The position numbers and the translations under genes were made by a program. A DNA stretch of 64,000 nt from Gemmatimonadota bacterium (GTDB lineage: Bacteria > Gemmatimonadota > Gemmatimonadetes > Gemmatimonadales > Gemmatimonadaceae), in contig JAZJZK010000023.1 of NCBI GenBank assembly GCA_040389905.1, positions 64,307-128,306 on the forward strand, given 5' to 3'. Within the stretch, counting starts at the first letter, position 1, and each line of letters starts with the position of its first letter. Shown piece after piece: positions 10,051-19,847 of the stretch. The notes beneath the pieces were generated by a model. It worked only from the letters and a program-made list of their open reading frames with translations. It did no database searches and had not been told where the DNA came from.

Positions 10051-11030
10051 CGCGCTCGCATGGTCACGGACCGTCCGACCCTCTCATACCGCGCGTCCAC
10101 CGCAAGGCTGATCGCGCCGAGCAACACGTCGAGCGGCGCGCGATCACCAACACGAACATCGGCCGTCAGCGTTCGAGCGGCGAGCACACCATCCGTCACA
10201 ATGAAGTCAACATCGTACCAGCGCTTCAGTTCCACGACAACGTCGCGCAAGGTCGTCCGTTCGAAGTGGACGCGCCCGCCTGTCCAGCCCATGAACTGTT
10301 CGGGCGACACATCCGTGCGGACGATGATGCGACCACTCGATGGATCCACATGCCCAAGTTGTCGCGCACCGAGGACAGGGCTACCGGAGTCCGTTGGGGT
10401 TCGAAGCCACACGCGACCCGTTGCAACCACGACGTCCACCGTGTGGTCGGCGACATTCTCGCGAACATCGAATTCGGTGCCGAGCACGCGTGCGGTCACT
10501 CGCGTCGTCCGCACAGAGAATGGTCGCGATGCATCGTGTGCGACCGTGAATGACGCCTGGCCGGAAAGACTTACCCTTCGAGCAGCGGCACCGAATCGCG
10601 CGGGATAGCGCAGCTCGCTCAATGGAGCGAGAGTGACACGCGTGCTGTCGGAGAGCACAAGATGACGCACTTCGCCGACGCGGGTCATGGCCACCAAGGT
10701 TTGTCCGTCGACGGCGCGTCGCGAGAGTAACCTCGGCACGAGGAACGCGCCGCCGACGATGACGAGTATCGACGCGGCGATGCGCATGAGCACGCGTCGC
10801 GTCGCCCATCGGCTCTGTGTCCGAGGCGACGCATCGAGCTTTCCGCGCACGATTTGCCACGCGCGCAGCGAATTGAACCGATCCTCGTTCCCGCGAGCAT
10901 GGAGCGCGTCACGGACGGCACGACGAGGGTCGTGTTTGCCGACGCGCTGTCGCAGTGCCGCCTCCTCGGCCGGTGTGCATTCGCCAGCGAAGTATCGATC
11001 GAGCAACGCGTCCGGCAGCTCGTCACTCAT
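10047..11030 (-). CDS. FecR family anti-sigma/transmembrane sensor
   Basis: Single TM; LSDSTRVTLAP.SEL, LSGQASFTVAHD..RPF.V, VLGTEF. Confidence 0.9.
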   Translation of the reverse strand: MSDELPDALLDRYFAGECTPAEEAALRQRVGKHDPRRAVRDALHARGNEDRFNSLRAWQIVRGKLDASPRTQSRWATRRVLMRIAASILVIVGGAFLVPRLLSRRAVDGQTLVAMTRVGEVRHLVLSDSTRVTLAPLSELRYPARFGAAARRVSLSGQASFTVAHDASRPFSVRTTRVTARVLGTEFDVRENVADHTVDVVVATGRVWLRTPTDSGSPVLGARQLGHVDPSSGRIIVRTDVSPEQFMGWTGGRVHFERTTLRDVVVELKRWYDVDFIVTDGVLAARTLTADVRVGDRAPLDVLLGAISLAVDARYERVGRSVTMRAR

Positions 11031-12103
11031 CGTGCGGCAGGCAGCGGGACGCTTCCATCGACAAACGCCGCGATGAATTCGCGGGCGATGCTGCTCGACT
11101 TGAGGTCTCCGTCTCCCAAGCGTGTCGGGCGGCTGAGCATGTCGCTATTCGCCAGGATGATGAAGGCAATGTTGCGCGAAGGCACCTTGATGATGAGCGA
11201 CGAGTTGCCCGTCCAGTACCCGTAGTGCCAGATGATCCGTTCTCCCGACACAATGGTCGAGAACCAGCCGAGGCCATAGGGAAGGGTCTCGCCACTCGTC
11301 GATATCGTTGGCGCGTACGCCAATGCCTTTGTTGCGGGCAGCAGGAAGGCGTTCGTATCCATGGCAATCGAGTACGCGGCGACGTCGAGCACGGTTGAGA
11401 CCAGGCCCGCCGCGGTTCCGAAGTACGAGGGGTATGCCGACAACGCGTTGGTCCCACCTTCGAGGGCGTAGGGCTTGGCGAGCCGCGACAGGAAGAGATC
11501 GCGGTCGAGGCCCATGGCGCTGAAGCCGCGCCCATCGAGCGGATTTGGGGCGGTTCGTTGCAGCTGGAGCGGACGCAGGATTCGCTCCGACACGCGCTCG
11601 GCGAACGGCTGGCCACTCGCGCGTGCGATGACCGAGTCGAGCAGGCCAAAGCGCGCCCCGTTGTAGCTGTAGCGGGAGCCCGGCACTCCTTCAGACGTAT
11701 GCGACATCAGGTGGCGAACGCGTACGACGCCAGAACTCGCGATCACGATATTGTAGTTCGACACCGGATCGTCGAGGCTCACCTTGCCTGCATCCACCAA
11801 CTGCAGAATGACCGTCGACGCGAAGGTCTTGGTGAGCGAGGCGAGGTGGTATTCGGTTTCCGGCGTCGCTGCGACCCCTCGCTCGACGTCAGCGAGACCG
11901 AACCCCTTCGCCCAAACAATAGTCGTTCCCTTGACGAGCGCCGCGGAGTAGCCCGGAATGCTGAGCGCACCGCGCAGCTCCTCGAGATGCGATTCGAACT
12001 CGGCCAGCGAACGCGCCGGAGGTAACGACGGGAGGGAAGGGCCCGTTGCCGAAGCGCAACCAGCAAGGAATACCAGAACGGGAAGACAACGCGTGTGTCG
12101 CAT
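11027..12103 (-). CDS. Beta-lactamase-family serine hydrolase lipoprotein
   Basis: Lipobox LAGC; SxxK (SLTK), YxN (YSYNG), HYG motif. Confidence 0.88.
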   Translation of the reverse strand: MRHTRCLPVLVFLAGCASATGPSLPSLPPARSLAEFESHLEELRGALSIPGYSAALVKGTTIVWAKGFGLADVERGVAATPETEYHLASLTKTFASTVILQLVDAGKVSLDDPVSNYNIVIASSGVVRVRHLMSHTSEGVPGSRYSYNGARFGLLDSVIARASGQPFAERVSERILRPLQLQRTAPNPLDGRGFSAMGLDRDLFLSRLAKPYALEGGTNALSAYPSYFGTAAGLVSTVLDVAAYSIAMDTNAFLLPATKALAYAPTISTSGETLPYGLGWFSTIVSGERIIWHYGYWTGNSSLIIKVPSRNIAFIILANSDMLSRPTRLGDGDLKSSSIAREFIAAFVDGSVPLPAAR

Positions 12104-12162
12104 GTCCTAACGACGACGAGGGTGGCGAATACCCCACGTCACCCGTCCCCTGTCCCCGTCGT

Positions 12163-12726
12163 CTAGTGGCGTTCACCAACCATAAACTTTCGCAATGCGC
12201 GCAGCGCTCGCGTGATCTGAATCTCTACTCCCTTCGGAGAAATCCCGAGCGCTGCGGCGATCTCGCGGTGGGACAGCCCGTGTCCCCATCGCAACGTCAC
12301 GACGAGCTTTGCACGCTCGGGGAGGCGCCGCACCGCATCGGCCAGTGTGCTGGCCCGTTCGGCAGCCTCGAGCTCGGCGTCCGCGTCAGGAGTGGAATTG
12401 TCGATGCGGCTGTCGAGCCATTCCGGCCGCGCCGCCCATTTCTTCTCGACGGCCACCCGTTTCAGGTGATCGAGTGCTGCGTTCCGCGTTGACGCGAAGA
12501 GATACGCGCGCAGGCTCGCGACGACAGGGAGCTGCTGCCGGCCACTCCATAGTTTGAGAAACACCGATTGTACGATGTCCTCTGCGACTTGTGGCGAGCC
12601 CACGATCTGCTCCGCGAACGCGCACAGTGATGCATATTCGCGGTGAAATAGCTGCTCGAAGGCACGCTCGTCTCCACGACGCACGAGGGCGGCAAGCGTG
12701 TCCTCGATCGGCACTTCGGCATTCAT
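12163..12726 (-). CDS. ECF RNA polymerase sigma-70 factor
   Basis: AFEQLF..AEDIVQSVFLKLW..RNAALD region 2; LP..GLSHREIAAALGIS region 4; start uncertain (12726 or 12735). Confidence 0.9.
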   Translation of the reverse strand: MNAEVPIEDTLAALVRRGDERAFEQLFHREYASLCAFAEQIVGSPQVAEDIVQSVFLKLWSGRQQLPVVASLRAYLFASTRNAALDHLKRVAVEKKWAARPEWLDSRIDNSTPDADAELEAAERASTLADAVRRLPERAKLVVTLRWGHGLSHREIAAALGISPKGVEIQITRALRALRKFMVGERH

Positions 12727-12786
12727 GTGCAGCACATACCCGGCAGGTTCCAGAAAGTCGCGCGACGCGCAACGACCAAACGTGTA

Positions 12787-14103
12787 TCAGTGCTGCGTTA
12801 CGAGGAAGCTCCCAAGGCGCGCGGCGTCGGCGACGATGGACCAGCCGGCGTTCAATGTCAGTACCCAACCCGCACCGCGTATCACGTGATTGGCCGCAGC
12901 GAACGTACCTGTGTGCGCCCCGACACGCACGACACGATAGTCGTTCGCGACAAAGGCTCCGCCCTCCGTCACCTCGAGCGTTCCCCAACCGGAACTGAAC
13001 GTTCCCGTCGGATAGATCGTGTGGTCGTCATCGAACGGGAACAGGCTCAGTGGATCGAAGTTTCGATTGAGGGATGACTGAGTGAGCGTCAGCGTCGGGC
13101 CGTCGACCAGTCGCGCCGCGTAGGCTGCCAGCCTAGCCTTCCGCTGAGAATCGCGAGCCAGTTCGTCGCGATCGATGATGGCGCCTCCATAACGCACAGC
13201 AATGCGTTCGGTTTGTCGTGCCAGATCCGCGTCTGCGCGGGGCTGGATCGCGCGGCTCAACAGGCGTGCGAGGTCCTTGGTGCGGCCAATCTCCGAGCGC
13301 CAGTCTGGTGAGAAATGATCGAGCAGGAGGCCGAGTGCCGGTCCAGTCGCATAGGCGAACGAGCGCACGTAGGTCGGAGTCGACTGGAACTCACGAAGGC
13401 GGCGAGCCACGCGCGAGGACGTTTCACCCGTCGCCGTAAGGGCGAGCCGCACTCCGGTATACTCGGCGAGCCCTTCCTGCATTTCGAGTGCTGGTTCGAC
13501 TGAGTCCGCCTGCGGGTAGATGGCGCGTCGCCGTGCGCGGAACAGCAGCGCGTTCTCCGTATGGCCGCGAGCCATCGTGTCGTCGCGACCCAGTGACTCG
13601 AGCGCCGCCGCGAGCGCGTTGAGCTCCAGGCGGAGCAACCGACGACCATCATACTGATCGAGGTGGCCGTTCGGTGGATCCCCACCGAGTAGTGCGAGGG
13701 CAGCTTGTTCCCGGTGAAAGACCTCGTGCATCACGAGTGCGATGCGGTCGAAGCGGTCGGAGGGAAGGGGAAGCATGATCATCGCCCACTGTCGACCAGC
13801 CCACGCGAATGAAGTGTTGGCGAATCCCACGCCAGAAGGCGCCGAGGTGACGAAGGCATCGCCATACGGCAAGTAGCTACGCGCCGGCACGGTGTCGTTC
13901 GCGATGACCAATCGAGTCTGGCGGTCCACTAACGCGATCGGTCCGCAGACGGAACGGGACCACAGCGCACCGTGGTCGGCTTCGCACACGCTGCGTGCGT
14001 CGCGGAGCGCACGAAGCGCGCGGAGACTGTCCATCTGCTGGGCGGAGGACGATGATCCGCAAAGGCAAAGCGCGGCAAGGAGAACGAGCGCGAAACGTCC
14101 CAT
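12787..14103 (-). CDS. Exported protein with gluzincin-like HExxH motif (putative metallopeptidase)
   Basis: Signal peptide; HEVFH and downstream EGLAEY. Confidence 0.65.
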   Translation of the reverse strand: MGRFALVLLAALCLCGSSSSAQQMDSLRALRALRDARSVCEADHGALWSRSVCGPIALVDRQTRLVIANDTVPARSYLPYGDAFVTSAPSGVGFANTSFAWAGRQWAMIMLPLPSDRFDRIALVMHEVFHREQAALALLGGDPPNGHLDQYDGRRLLRLELNALAAALESLGRDDTMARGHTENALLFRARRRAIYPQADSVEPALEMQEGLAEYTGVRLALTATGETSSRVARRLREFQSTPTYVRSFAYATGPALGLLLDHFSPDWRSEIGRTKDLARLLSRAIQPRADADLARQTERIAVRYGGAIIDRDELARDSQRKARLAAYAARLVDGPTLTLTQSSLNRNFDPLSLFPFDDDHTIYPTGTFSSGWGTLEVTEGGAFVANDYRVVRVGAHTGTFAAANHVIRGAGWVLTLNAGWSIVADAARLGSFLVTQH

Positions 14104-14134
14104 GGTTCGTTGGGGAGCGAAGGGTCTCGACAAA

Positions 14135-14177
14135 GTACGATGAACGTCGTACATTGACAGTACGATGTGTATCGTAC
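14135..14177. promoter_or_regulatory. Tandem BlaI-type operators flanking a TTGACA -35
   Basis: GTACGA-N6-TCGTAC at 14135-14152 and 14160-14177; TTGACA at 14154-14159. Confidence 0.8.
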
Positions 14178-14188
14178 ATCGTCAAGAC

Positions 14189-14575
14189 ATGGCCTCCGCA
14201 CCCACGCTTCCAACCGGCGCCGAGCTGGACATCCTCCGCATCTTGTGGGCGCGAGGACCGTCGTCCGTCCGCGATGTGCACGAACGACTCGATAACGACA
14301 CGACGTACACATCGACGCTGAAGCTGATGCAGATGATGTTCGCAAAGGGGTATGTGCGCCGGGACGACGCACAGCGCCAACATGTGTATGAAGCGGTCAT
14401 CGAACAGAACGGCACACTCGACGGCCTCGTGAGCCGGTTCGTGCGCCATGTGTTCGACGGATCCGCGGGTGCGCTGGCGGTGCGCGCGCTCGGGGAGGGA
14501 TCTGCCACGCGCGAAGAATTGAAAGAACTCAAGCGGCTTATTCGCGAGATGGAACGAGACCCTGACCGCAAGTAG
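14189..14575 (+). CDS. BlaI/MecI/CopY family repressor
   Basis: ELDILRILW.RGPSSVRDV..YTSTLKLM..KGYV. Confidence 0.92.
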   Translation: MASAPTLPTGAELDILRILWARGPSSVRDVHERLDNDTTYTSTLKLMQMMFAKGYVRRDDAQRQHVYEAVIEQNGTLDGLVSRFVRHVFDGSAGALAVRALGEGSATREELKELKRLIREMERDPDRK

Positions 14576-14577
14576 CG

Positions 14578-15831
14578 ATGCTGGCCTACCTGTCTGGCCT
14601 GTTCGTCTGGTCGGCGCTCCATGTGCTCTGGCAGGGAGTCGCACTTTCCCTCGCGTTCGCCTGGTGGTTGCGTACGGAGCGGTCGCCAGCAGTGCGTCAC
14701 CAAACCGCGATTGGCGGACTGCTCATTCTGTGCCTGTCGCTGCTCGCAAATGTGGCCGTCGCGCATCTCGCGCTCCTGGCCAATGCACGTCTTGGCGGAG
14801 ACGGCGCGCTTGTGGCGGAGTCACACGGGCTCGTCGACGCTACGTTGCGCGCGTTCGATCGATCGTTCGAGATCGTGCCGGCGCTCGTCGTCGTCTGGCT
14901 GCTGGGCGTGGCAACCGGTGCGGCGCGCCTGGCCGTCGGTGCGTTCCATCTTGCCCGGGTGCGCGCGGCGGGCACGCAGGCGTCAGACGAGTTGCTCGCT
15001 CGCGTCGCGCATCATGCCGCGCAGGCGAGGCTTACGCGTGTTCCATCCGTGCTTGTATCCGCGGAAACTCTGGTTCCCTTCGTCACAGGCGCAACGACCC
15101 CACTCCTCGTCCTGCCGATGCATTGGCCGCCGAGCGAAGAACACGACGCGCTCATGCAGCATGAACTCGCACACGTGGAGCGCGGTGATACGAGGACGAA
15201 CGCGCTCCTGCGCCTGGTGCAGACCGTCTTCTGGTTCCATCCCGCGGTCTGGTACCTCGCCAACCATGCGACCCGAGCGCGTGAGGAAGCGGCCGATGTC
15301 CTCGCCACGTCACGGGAGAGCAGACGACTGGCGCTCGCACGTGCGCTGGTGAATCTCGAGTCGACACGTCAGGGAAACGCGGTGGCGCTCGCTGCGACCG
15401 ACGGTGCTCTTGTCACGCGCGTCCGGCGTCTCGTCGCGCCCCCAACGTCGCACACGTGGAGCGAGAGCGTGGTCCTGCCTTTCCTCGCGATGCTCGTTGT
15501 CTTCTCGACCGGTACCACGAGTGCTGCACGCTTCGCGACCGCGAGCGACGTACTGGCTGTCATGTCGGCGTCCGCCCGGGTGGTGCCGAGTGAAGTGGCG
15601 CATATCACGGCGATAGATCCTGCGGGCCGGTTCACGCTGACCCTTCTGAACGGCCGCGTGGCGCGTGCCACGGTTGCTGGCATCGCCGTGGCGCGGAGCG
15701 CTATTCACAGGCACGAACGTGACATCTCGCTCGTCAATCAAGGTGGAGACGCTGTTCTCACCGTACACCTCGATCCCCGCGGTTCCATTCGCTGGACGGC
15801 CCGCTCGCTGCGCTCGCTAGACGCATTCTGA
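14578..15831 (+). CDS. M56 family (BlaR1-like) membrane metallopeptidase
   Basis: TM segments, HELAH, FWFHPAVW, REEAAD. Confidence 0.9.
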   Translation: MLAYLSGLFVWSALHVLWQGVALSLAFAWWLRTERSPAVRHQTAIGGLLILCLSLLANVAVAHLALLANARLGGDGALVAESHGLVDATLRAFDRSFEIVPALVVVWLLGVATGAARLAVGAFHLARVRAAGTQASDELLARVAHHAAQARLTRVPSVLVSAETLVPFVTGATTPLLVLPMHWPPSEEHDALMQHELAHVERGDTRTNALLRLVQTVFWFHPAVWYLANHATRAREEAADVLATSRESRRLALARALVNLESTRQGNAVALAATDGALVTRVRRLVAPPTSHTWSESVVLPFLAMLVVFSTGTTSAARFATASDVLAVMSASARVVPSEVAHITAIDPAGRFTLTLLNGRVARATVAGIAVARSAIHRHERDISLVNQGGDAVLTVHLDPRGSIRWTARSLRSLDAF

Positions 15832-15866
15832 TATTTGCCGTCAAGCGAGCGCCAGCGACCGAGCCG

Positions 15867-16840
15867 TCACTTGAGCCTGACGATGTAATAGCGGAACGCA
15901 CCAGGCGCGAAAACGCCTGCCTTTGCGCTGCCCGACGCCGTTCCACGAATCTGGCTTCGGTCGATCGTCCCGAGTCCCACGCCGGTGAGATCGAGCGCGC
16001 CAGCGGCCGAGGGCTCGGCGCGCGCGCCCACACCCACGGTGACGCCCGCGGCCTCGGCCGCTGGCGCGACGCTACCGGTCGATTTCAAGGCAGCGCTGGC
16101 CACATACCCATCATTGGCGTCGAGAATGAAGACCACGCGCTCGATGTCGGATCCCGCCACGAGGACGCCTGGATAGTGCTTCTCGACGAGCGAGCGCACG
16201 AGTTCCTGATTCGCCGCAACGCGGGCGGACATGACGCTCATGCCGGCACTTGCCAGCGCCGTCCCGCCGGCGGCGGCGGGGACCGGCGTCTGGGCAACGG
16301 CAACGCTACCGGCCAGCGCGAGACCGACGAGGAGCGATGAAGCGAACACCGGGTGCCGTGGTTGAATCGCAGTCACTGCGTAAATCCTCCGTTCGAGAAA
16401 GGGTTGTTGTTCCGCGAGGGAAATGGCGAGGGGAAGCCGACGACTGTGGCGCTCGCCGACGGCCACGAGAAGCAATCCATATTCACGAGGATGTCCGACC
16501 TGCCGGATCACCCGTGCGTCGCAGTCGACTTCCAGGGCGAGGCGAAGCCGGCGAACCATCCACCAGATCCCTGGCTGACGGCGTCGATCGTCCTGCTGGG
16601 TGTGTTCAGCCGTGCGCTCCTCGTCCTTCGGTTGCGTGGGCATGGGACTGATGTGGAGCCGCGCGCAGCGGTCGCGTGGTCAAGCCGTGAGAGAGGCAAC
16701 ACCGCTGCGGTGAGGAGCGCGACGATCCACACGAAGCGCCGCTGGACCGACCAGATCGAAAGGACCCGTTCGATCGCCAGCGCGATGCCACCGATGCAGA
16801 CACCGCTGACGCTGGCATAGGCGACCCATGCGATCGTCAT
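15867..16840 (-). pseudogene. M56 peptidase gene with internal deletion and frameshift
   Basis: N-terminal TM part (from 16840) and C-terminal PGIWWMVRRLRLALEVDCDARV part are in different frames, junction near 16575; no HExxH in either part. Confidence 0.75.
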
Positions 16841-17220
16841 GACCCCTTCTCCTGTTTCGCCGCGAGTCGTTCGTCGAGCACGCTCCGCAACCGCTCGAGA
16901 TCCTTGGCATCGAGGTCGCGATCACTCATGAACTGTGTGAGTAACAGTTCCGGTGAGCCGCCGAACATCTTGTCGAGCACACGAGACAAGGCGCTCCGGC
17001 CCGCCGCGTCCTGGGCAACGAGGGGCACATACCGATGCGCCTTGCCCTCTGCGATGTGTGCGACGAACCCCTTCTCCTCGAGTGTCCGGAGAACGGTCAG
17101 GACCGTGGTGTACGCGAAGTCCTCGGCGAGCGCATCGCGCACTTCGGCCACGGTGCCCGATCCGTTCTGCCAGAGCACCACCATGATGTCCAACTCACGT
17201 TCCGTGAAGACAACGTCCAT
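16837..17220 (-). CDS. BlaI/MecI/CopY family repressor
   Basis: RELDIMVVLW..GSGTVAEV..AYTTVLTVLRTLEEKGFV. Confidence 0.93.
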   Translation of the reverse strand: MDVVFTERELDIMVVLWQNGSGTVAEVRDALAEDFAYTTVLTVLRTLEEKGFVAHIAEGKAHRYVPLVAQDAAGRSALSRVLDKMFGGSPELLLTQFMSDRDLDAKDLERLRSVLDERLAAKQEKGS

Positions 17221-17229
17221 CGTCCCGTC

Positions 17230-17291
17230 CTACTAGAAGTCTAGTAGACAGTGACGTCCTTCGGTGCGCCTGTCAACTAGCTTTCTAGTAG
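17230..17291. promoter_or_regulatory. Two BlaI-type operators and a minus-strand -35
   Basis: CTACTAG-AAGT-CTAGTAG at 17230-17247; CAACTAG-CTTT-CTAGTAG at 17274-17291; TTGACA on the minus strand at 17271-17276. Confidence 0.8.
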
Positions 17292-17302
17292 TTGTTGCCA
17301 GC

Positions 17303-18304
17303 TCACCGAAGTGTGGTCGAGTCCACGGCCCGCAGGTGCGAGCGGACGGCGGCGATCATCGCGTCCGGATTGTCCCACGTCGTCATGTGCGCCGCGCCCG
17401 GAATGACGACGACCTTCGCCCCCGGTACCAGCGCTGCATGCTTCTTGATCGTCACCGGGTCTGCTTCATCGACATCGCCGACGGTGAACAACGTCGGCAC
17501 CTTCACGCTCTTCAGGAACGGGCGCGCGTCGTACTGCTTCAGCGTGCCCGTGATCGTGAATTCACTGGGGCCCTGCATGAAACCGTAGATGGCGGCATTC
17601 ATCTGCTTCATGGTGCTGTCGAGGTCCGCCTCCACGGGACGAAGCCAGACATACTTCCCGTAGAACTCCTGAATCGCCGCCTGATAGTCCGGCGCGTCGA
17701 ACTTCTTCTCGGCCTCTCGCGTCTTCACGACCTTCTGTGTGGAATCGGGGAGCGTTGCGAGCAGGGCACGCGCGTGTCGCTCCCACTGCGGGATGTCGAG
17801 TGCCGCGCTTGCAAGGGTAAGACTGGCGACGTGTTCCGGGTGCGCGCGATAGTACTCGAGTCCAAGGATCGTGCCCCACGAGTGTCCAACCAGGTGCACC
17901 TTGTCGTAACCGAGCTTCGCGCGCAGCGCCTCCAATTCCTCCACGAAGTGGGGAATGGTCATCTTCGTGGTGTCGGAAAGCCCAGCCGATTTTCCACCAC
18001 CCAGCTGGTCGTACCGAATGACTTTCCGGTCGTCGCCGAGTGCCTCGAGTGGTTTCAGGTAGTAGCTGCTGAATCCAGGGCCACCGTGCAGAAGGATGAC
18101 GGGTGTGCCGGTGCCGCCTCCCGACGTCCGGTACCAGATCTCTCCGCCATCGACAGGAAGTCGCGCCTCGCCCGGAGCGAGGGCCGATGTGGTGGCAACT
18201 GACGGCGCGCCGGCACTGTCGGACTTCGGTGGCGCTGACTTGTCGGCGCATCCTGTCAGAAGTATCAACGCCAGGACTGGAGGGGTCGGGCGAAGCAAAC
18301 GCAT
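17303..18304 (-). CDS. Proline iminopeptidase-family alpha/beta hydrolase lipoprotein
   Basis: HGGPG, YDQLG, GHSWG nucleophile elbow, GPSEF; lipobox LTGC. Confidence 0.88.
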   Translation of the reverse strand: MRLLRPTPPVLALILLTGCADKSAPPKSDSAGAPSVATTSALAPGEARLPVDGGEIWYRTSGGGTGTPVILLHGGPGFSSYYLKPLEALGDDRKVIRYDQLGGGKSAGLSDTTKMTIPHFVEELEALRAKLGYDKVHLVGHSWGTILGLEYYRAHPEHVASLTLASAALDIPQWERHARALLATLPDSTQKVVKTREAEKKFDAPDYQAAIQEFYGKYVWLRPVEADLDSTMKQMNAAIYGFMQGPSEFTITGTLKQYDARPFLKSVKVPTLFTVGDVDEADPVTIKKHAALVPGAKVVVIPGAAHMTTWDNPDAMIAAVRSHLRAVDSTTLR

Positions 18305-18391
18305 ATCGTCTCCTCGTGAAGGATCACCTTGATACGACGTCGTTCGCAGAGTGGATGCTTCGGCGCTGCACAACCAGGCATTTACCGTTCT

Positions 18392-19543
18392 TCACGGCAG
18401 TCGCTTGAGGAGCACCGTAATCGGAGTCGTATCGCCCGGAGAGATCGTCACGGAAAGAGAATCTGTGCGGTAGCTCGGCTTGCTCAGGGTCACGCGCCCC
18501 TGACCGGGCTGCATGAACGCCAGCGCGACCGTGCCCGTCTCGGTGCTTCGTGCGCGAACACCGGTCGTCACGTCGAGTACATCCACACCCTCGACTGGAA
18601 GCCCCGTGTCGACGTCGAAGATGCCTAGTAACCGAAGCCGGAAGCTCTCGACGACTGCTGGCCGAGGGAGCGAAATGCGCTGGAGCAACTCACGCTGCGT
18701 CGAGTTGTCGATCACGTGGCTGCCGATGCCTGGCTCGAAGCCGATTCCATCCTTGAGCGCAACGAAGATCGCACTCTCGGTGCCGACGGTATCGATGGAC
18801 CTGTCCATGCAATCGTGGTATTCGATCGACTCGATGTGCTCCGGCTTGATGGTAACCAGCACCGAGACGGTGGCCAGCGGAAGCGAATGCAGCATCGAGC
18901 CCTTGCCGGCAGTTCGTGCTCGCGCTTCCGCCATGTCGTTCGTGGGCGGATAAATGATGCGCTTGCCGTTGACCCAGATGTTCTTCGCAGAGAGGCAGTT
19001 GTGCGCCACGATGTCCGGCGGTTCCAGCGTCATGTTCGGTCGCAGCTTGCTGATGACGTCGAGTGCGTCCATCAGGTTGCGATCGCTCGCCGAGATGGCA
19101 TCGGCATCCACGAACGTCCGATTGCGCTTCACGCTCTGCTCGGCAGTGACGGTCACCGCCGTGAGTTGCTGCGCTACGCGGTTGAGGGTGACGGCAACGC
19201 GCACGGTGTCGCCCTTGGTGGCGTCGACGAACGAACTCGCACGCGCGTATCCGAGCTTCCGTACCTCGACCTGCAACGCAGCGGCATCGGTGGTGACACG
19301 CACGACACTGACGCCATCGCGATCCGTCGTCCCGCCGATGAGTCGTTCGTTGAGCCCGCGAACGACGGCGACGTCGGCGCCGGACACCGGGAGCCGCGCG
19401 GCGTCCACGACGCGCACGCGTACCACGACGGCGGCGGGCACCTGCGTACCCGCCGCTTGCGCGACGAGTGCGACTGCAGCGACCAGCCGCGCCGCCCGTG
19501 CTATGGCACCACCGGCTGCTTCGGTTCGAGCTTCGCCGACCAT
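18392..19543 (-). CDS. Carboxypeptidase regulatory-like domain protein
   Basis: PVSGADV..TTDRDG..VRKLGY Ig-like domains at both ends, central plug-like IESIEY; start uncertain. Confidence 0.65.
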   Translation of the reverse strand: MVGEARTEAAGGAIARAARLVAAVALVAQAAGTQVPAAVVVRVRVVDAARLPVSGADVAVVRGLNERLIGGTTDRDGVSVVRVTTDAAALQVEVRKLGYARASSFVDATKGDTVRVAVTLNRVAQQLTAVTVTAEQSVKRNRTFVDADAISASDRNLMDALDVISKLRPNMTLEPPDIVAHNCLSAKNIWVNGKRIIYPPTNDMAEARARTAGKGSMLHSLPLATVSVLVTIKPEHIESIEYHDCMDRSIDTVGTESAIFVALKDGIGFEPGIGSHVIDNSTQRELLQRISLPRPAVVESFRLRLLGIFDVDTGLPVEGVDVLDVTTGVRARSTETGTVALAFMQPGQGRVTLSKPSYRTDSLSVTISPGDTTPITVLLKRLP

Positions 19544-19613
19544 AATCCCGAGTTGAAATCGGGCGATCTCCATACGGCGTCTATCGTTACGGGAAAGCGT
19601 CGTTCGGGGGGGA

Positions 19614-19753
19614 ATGAAACAGAGTTTGACGGATTTCACGGATTGGACGGATTAATTCATCACAAGACAATGAGGCTTCCAGCGGCGACCTCTCTTTCGC
19701 GAGTGCTGAAAGTGATCCGAGACAATCCGATCAATCCGTAGAATCGGTTTCAT
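19614..19753. repeat. ATCCG/CGGAT inverted-repeat element
   Basis: ATGAAAC..(CGGATT)x3 ... (ATCCG)x3..GTTTCAT, roughly 9-nt periodicity. Confidence 0.65.
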
Positions 19754-19847
19754 CACCTCCGAACAATGCCTTTCCAAACGGCTTCAGGCAATCCAAACCC
19801 TGCCCATCTCGCCGTTGTCTGATGGATACCCTTCCCTCGAGGCGACA

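Noticed and set aside
11027..12103. Bona fide beta-lactam resistance gene controlled by the nearby BlaI
   Set aside because: Family motifs only; the gene sits in an ECF cassette and has no BlaI-type operator upstream
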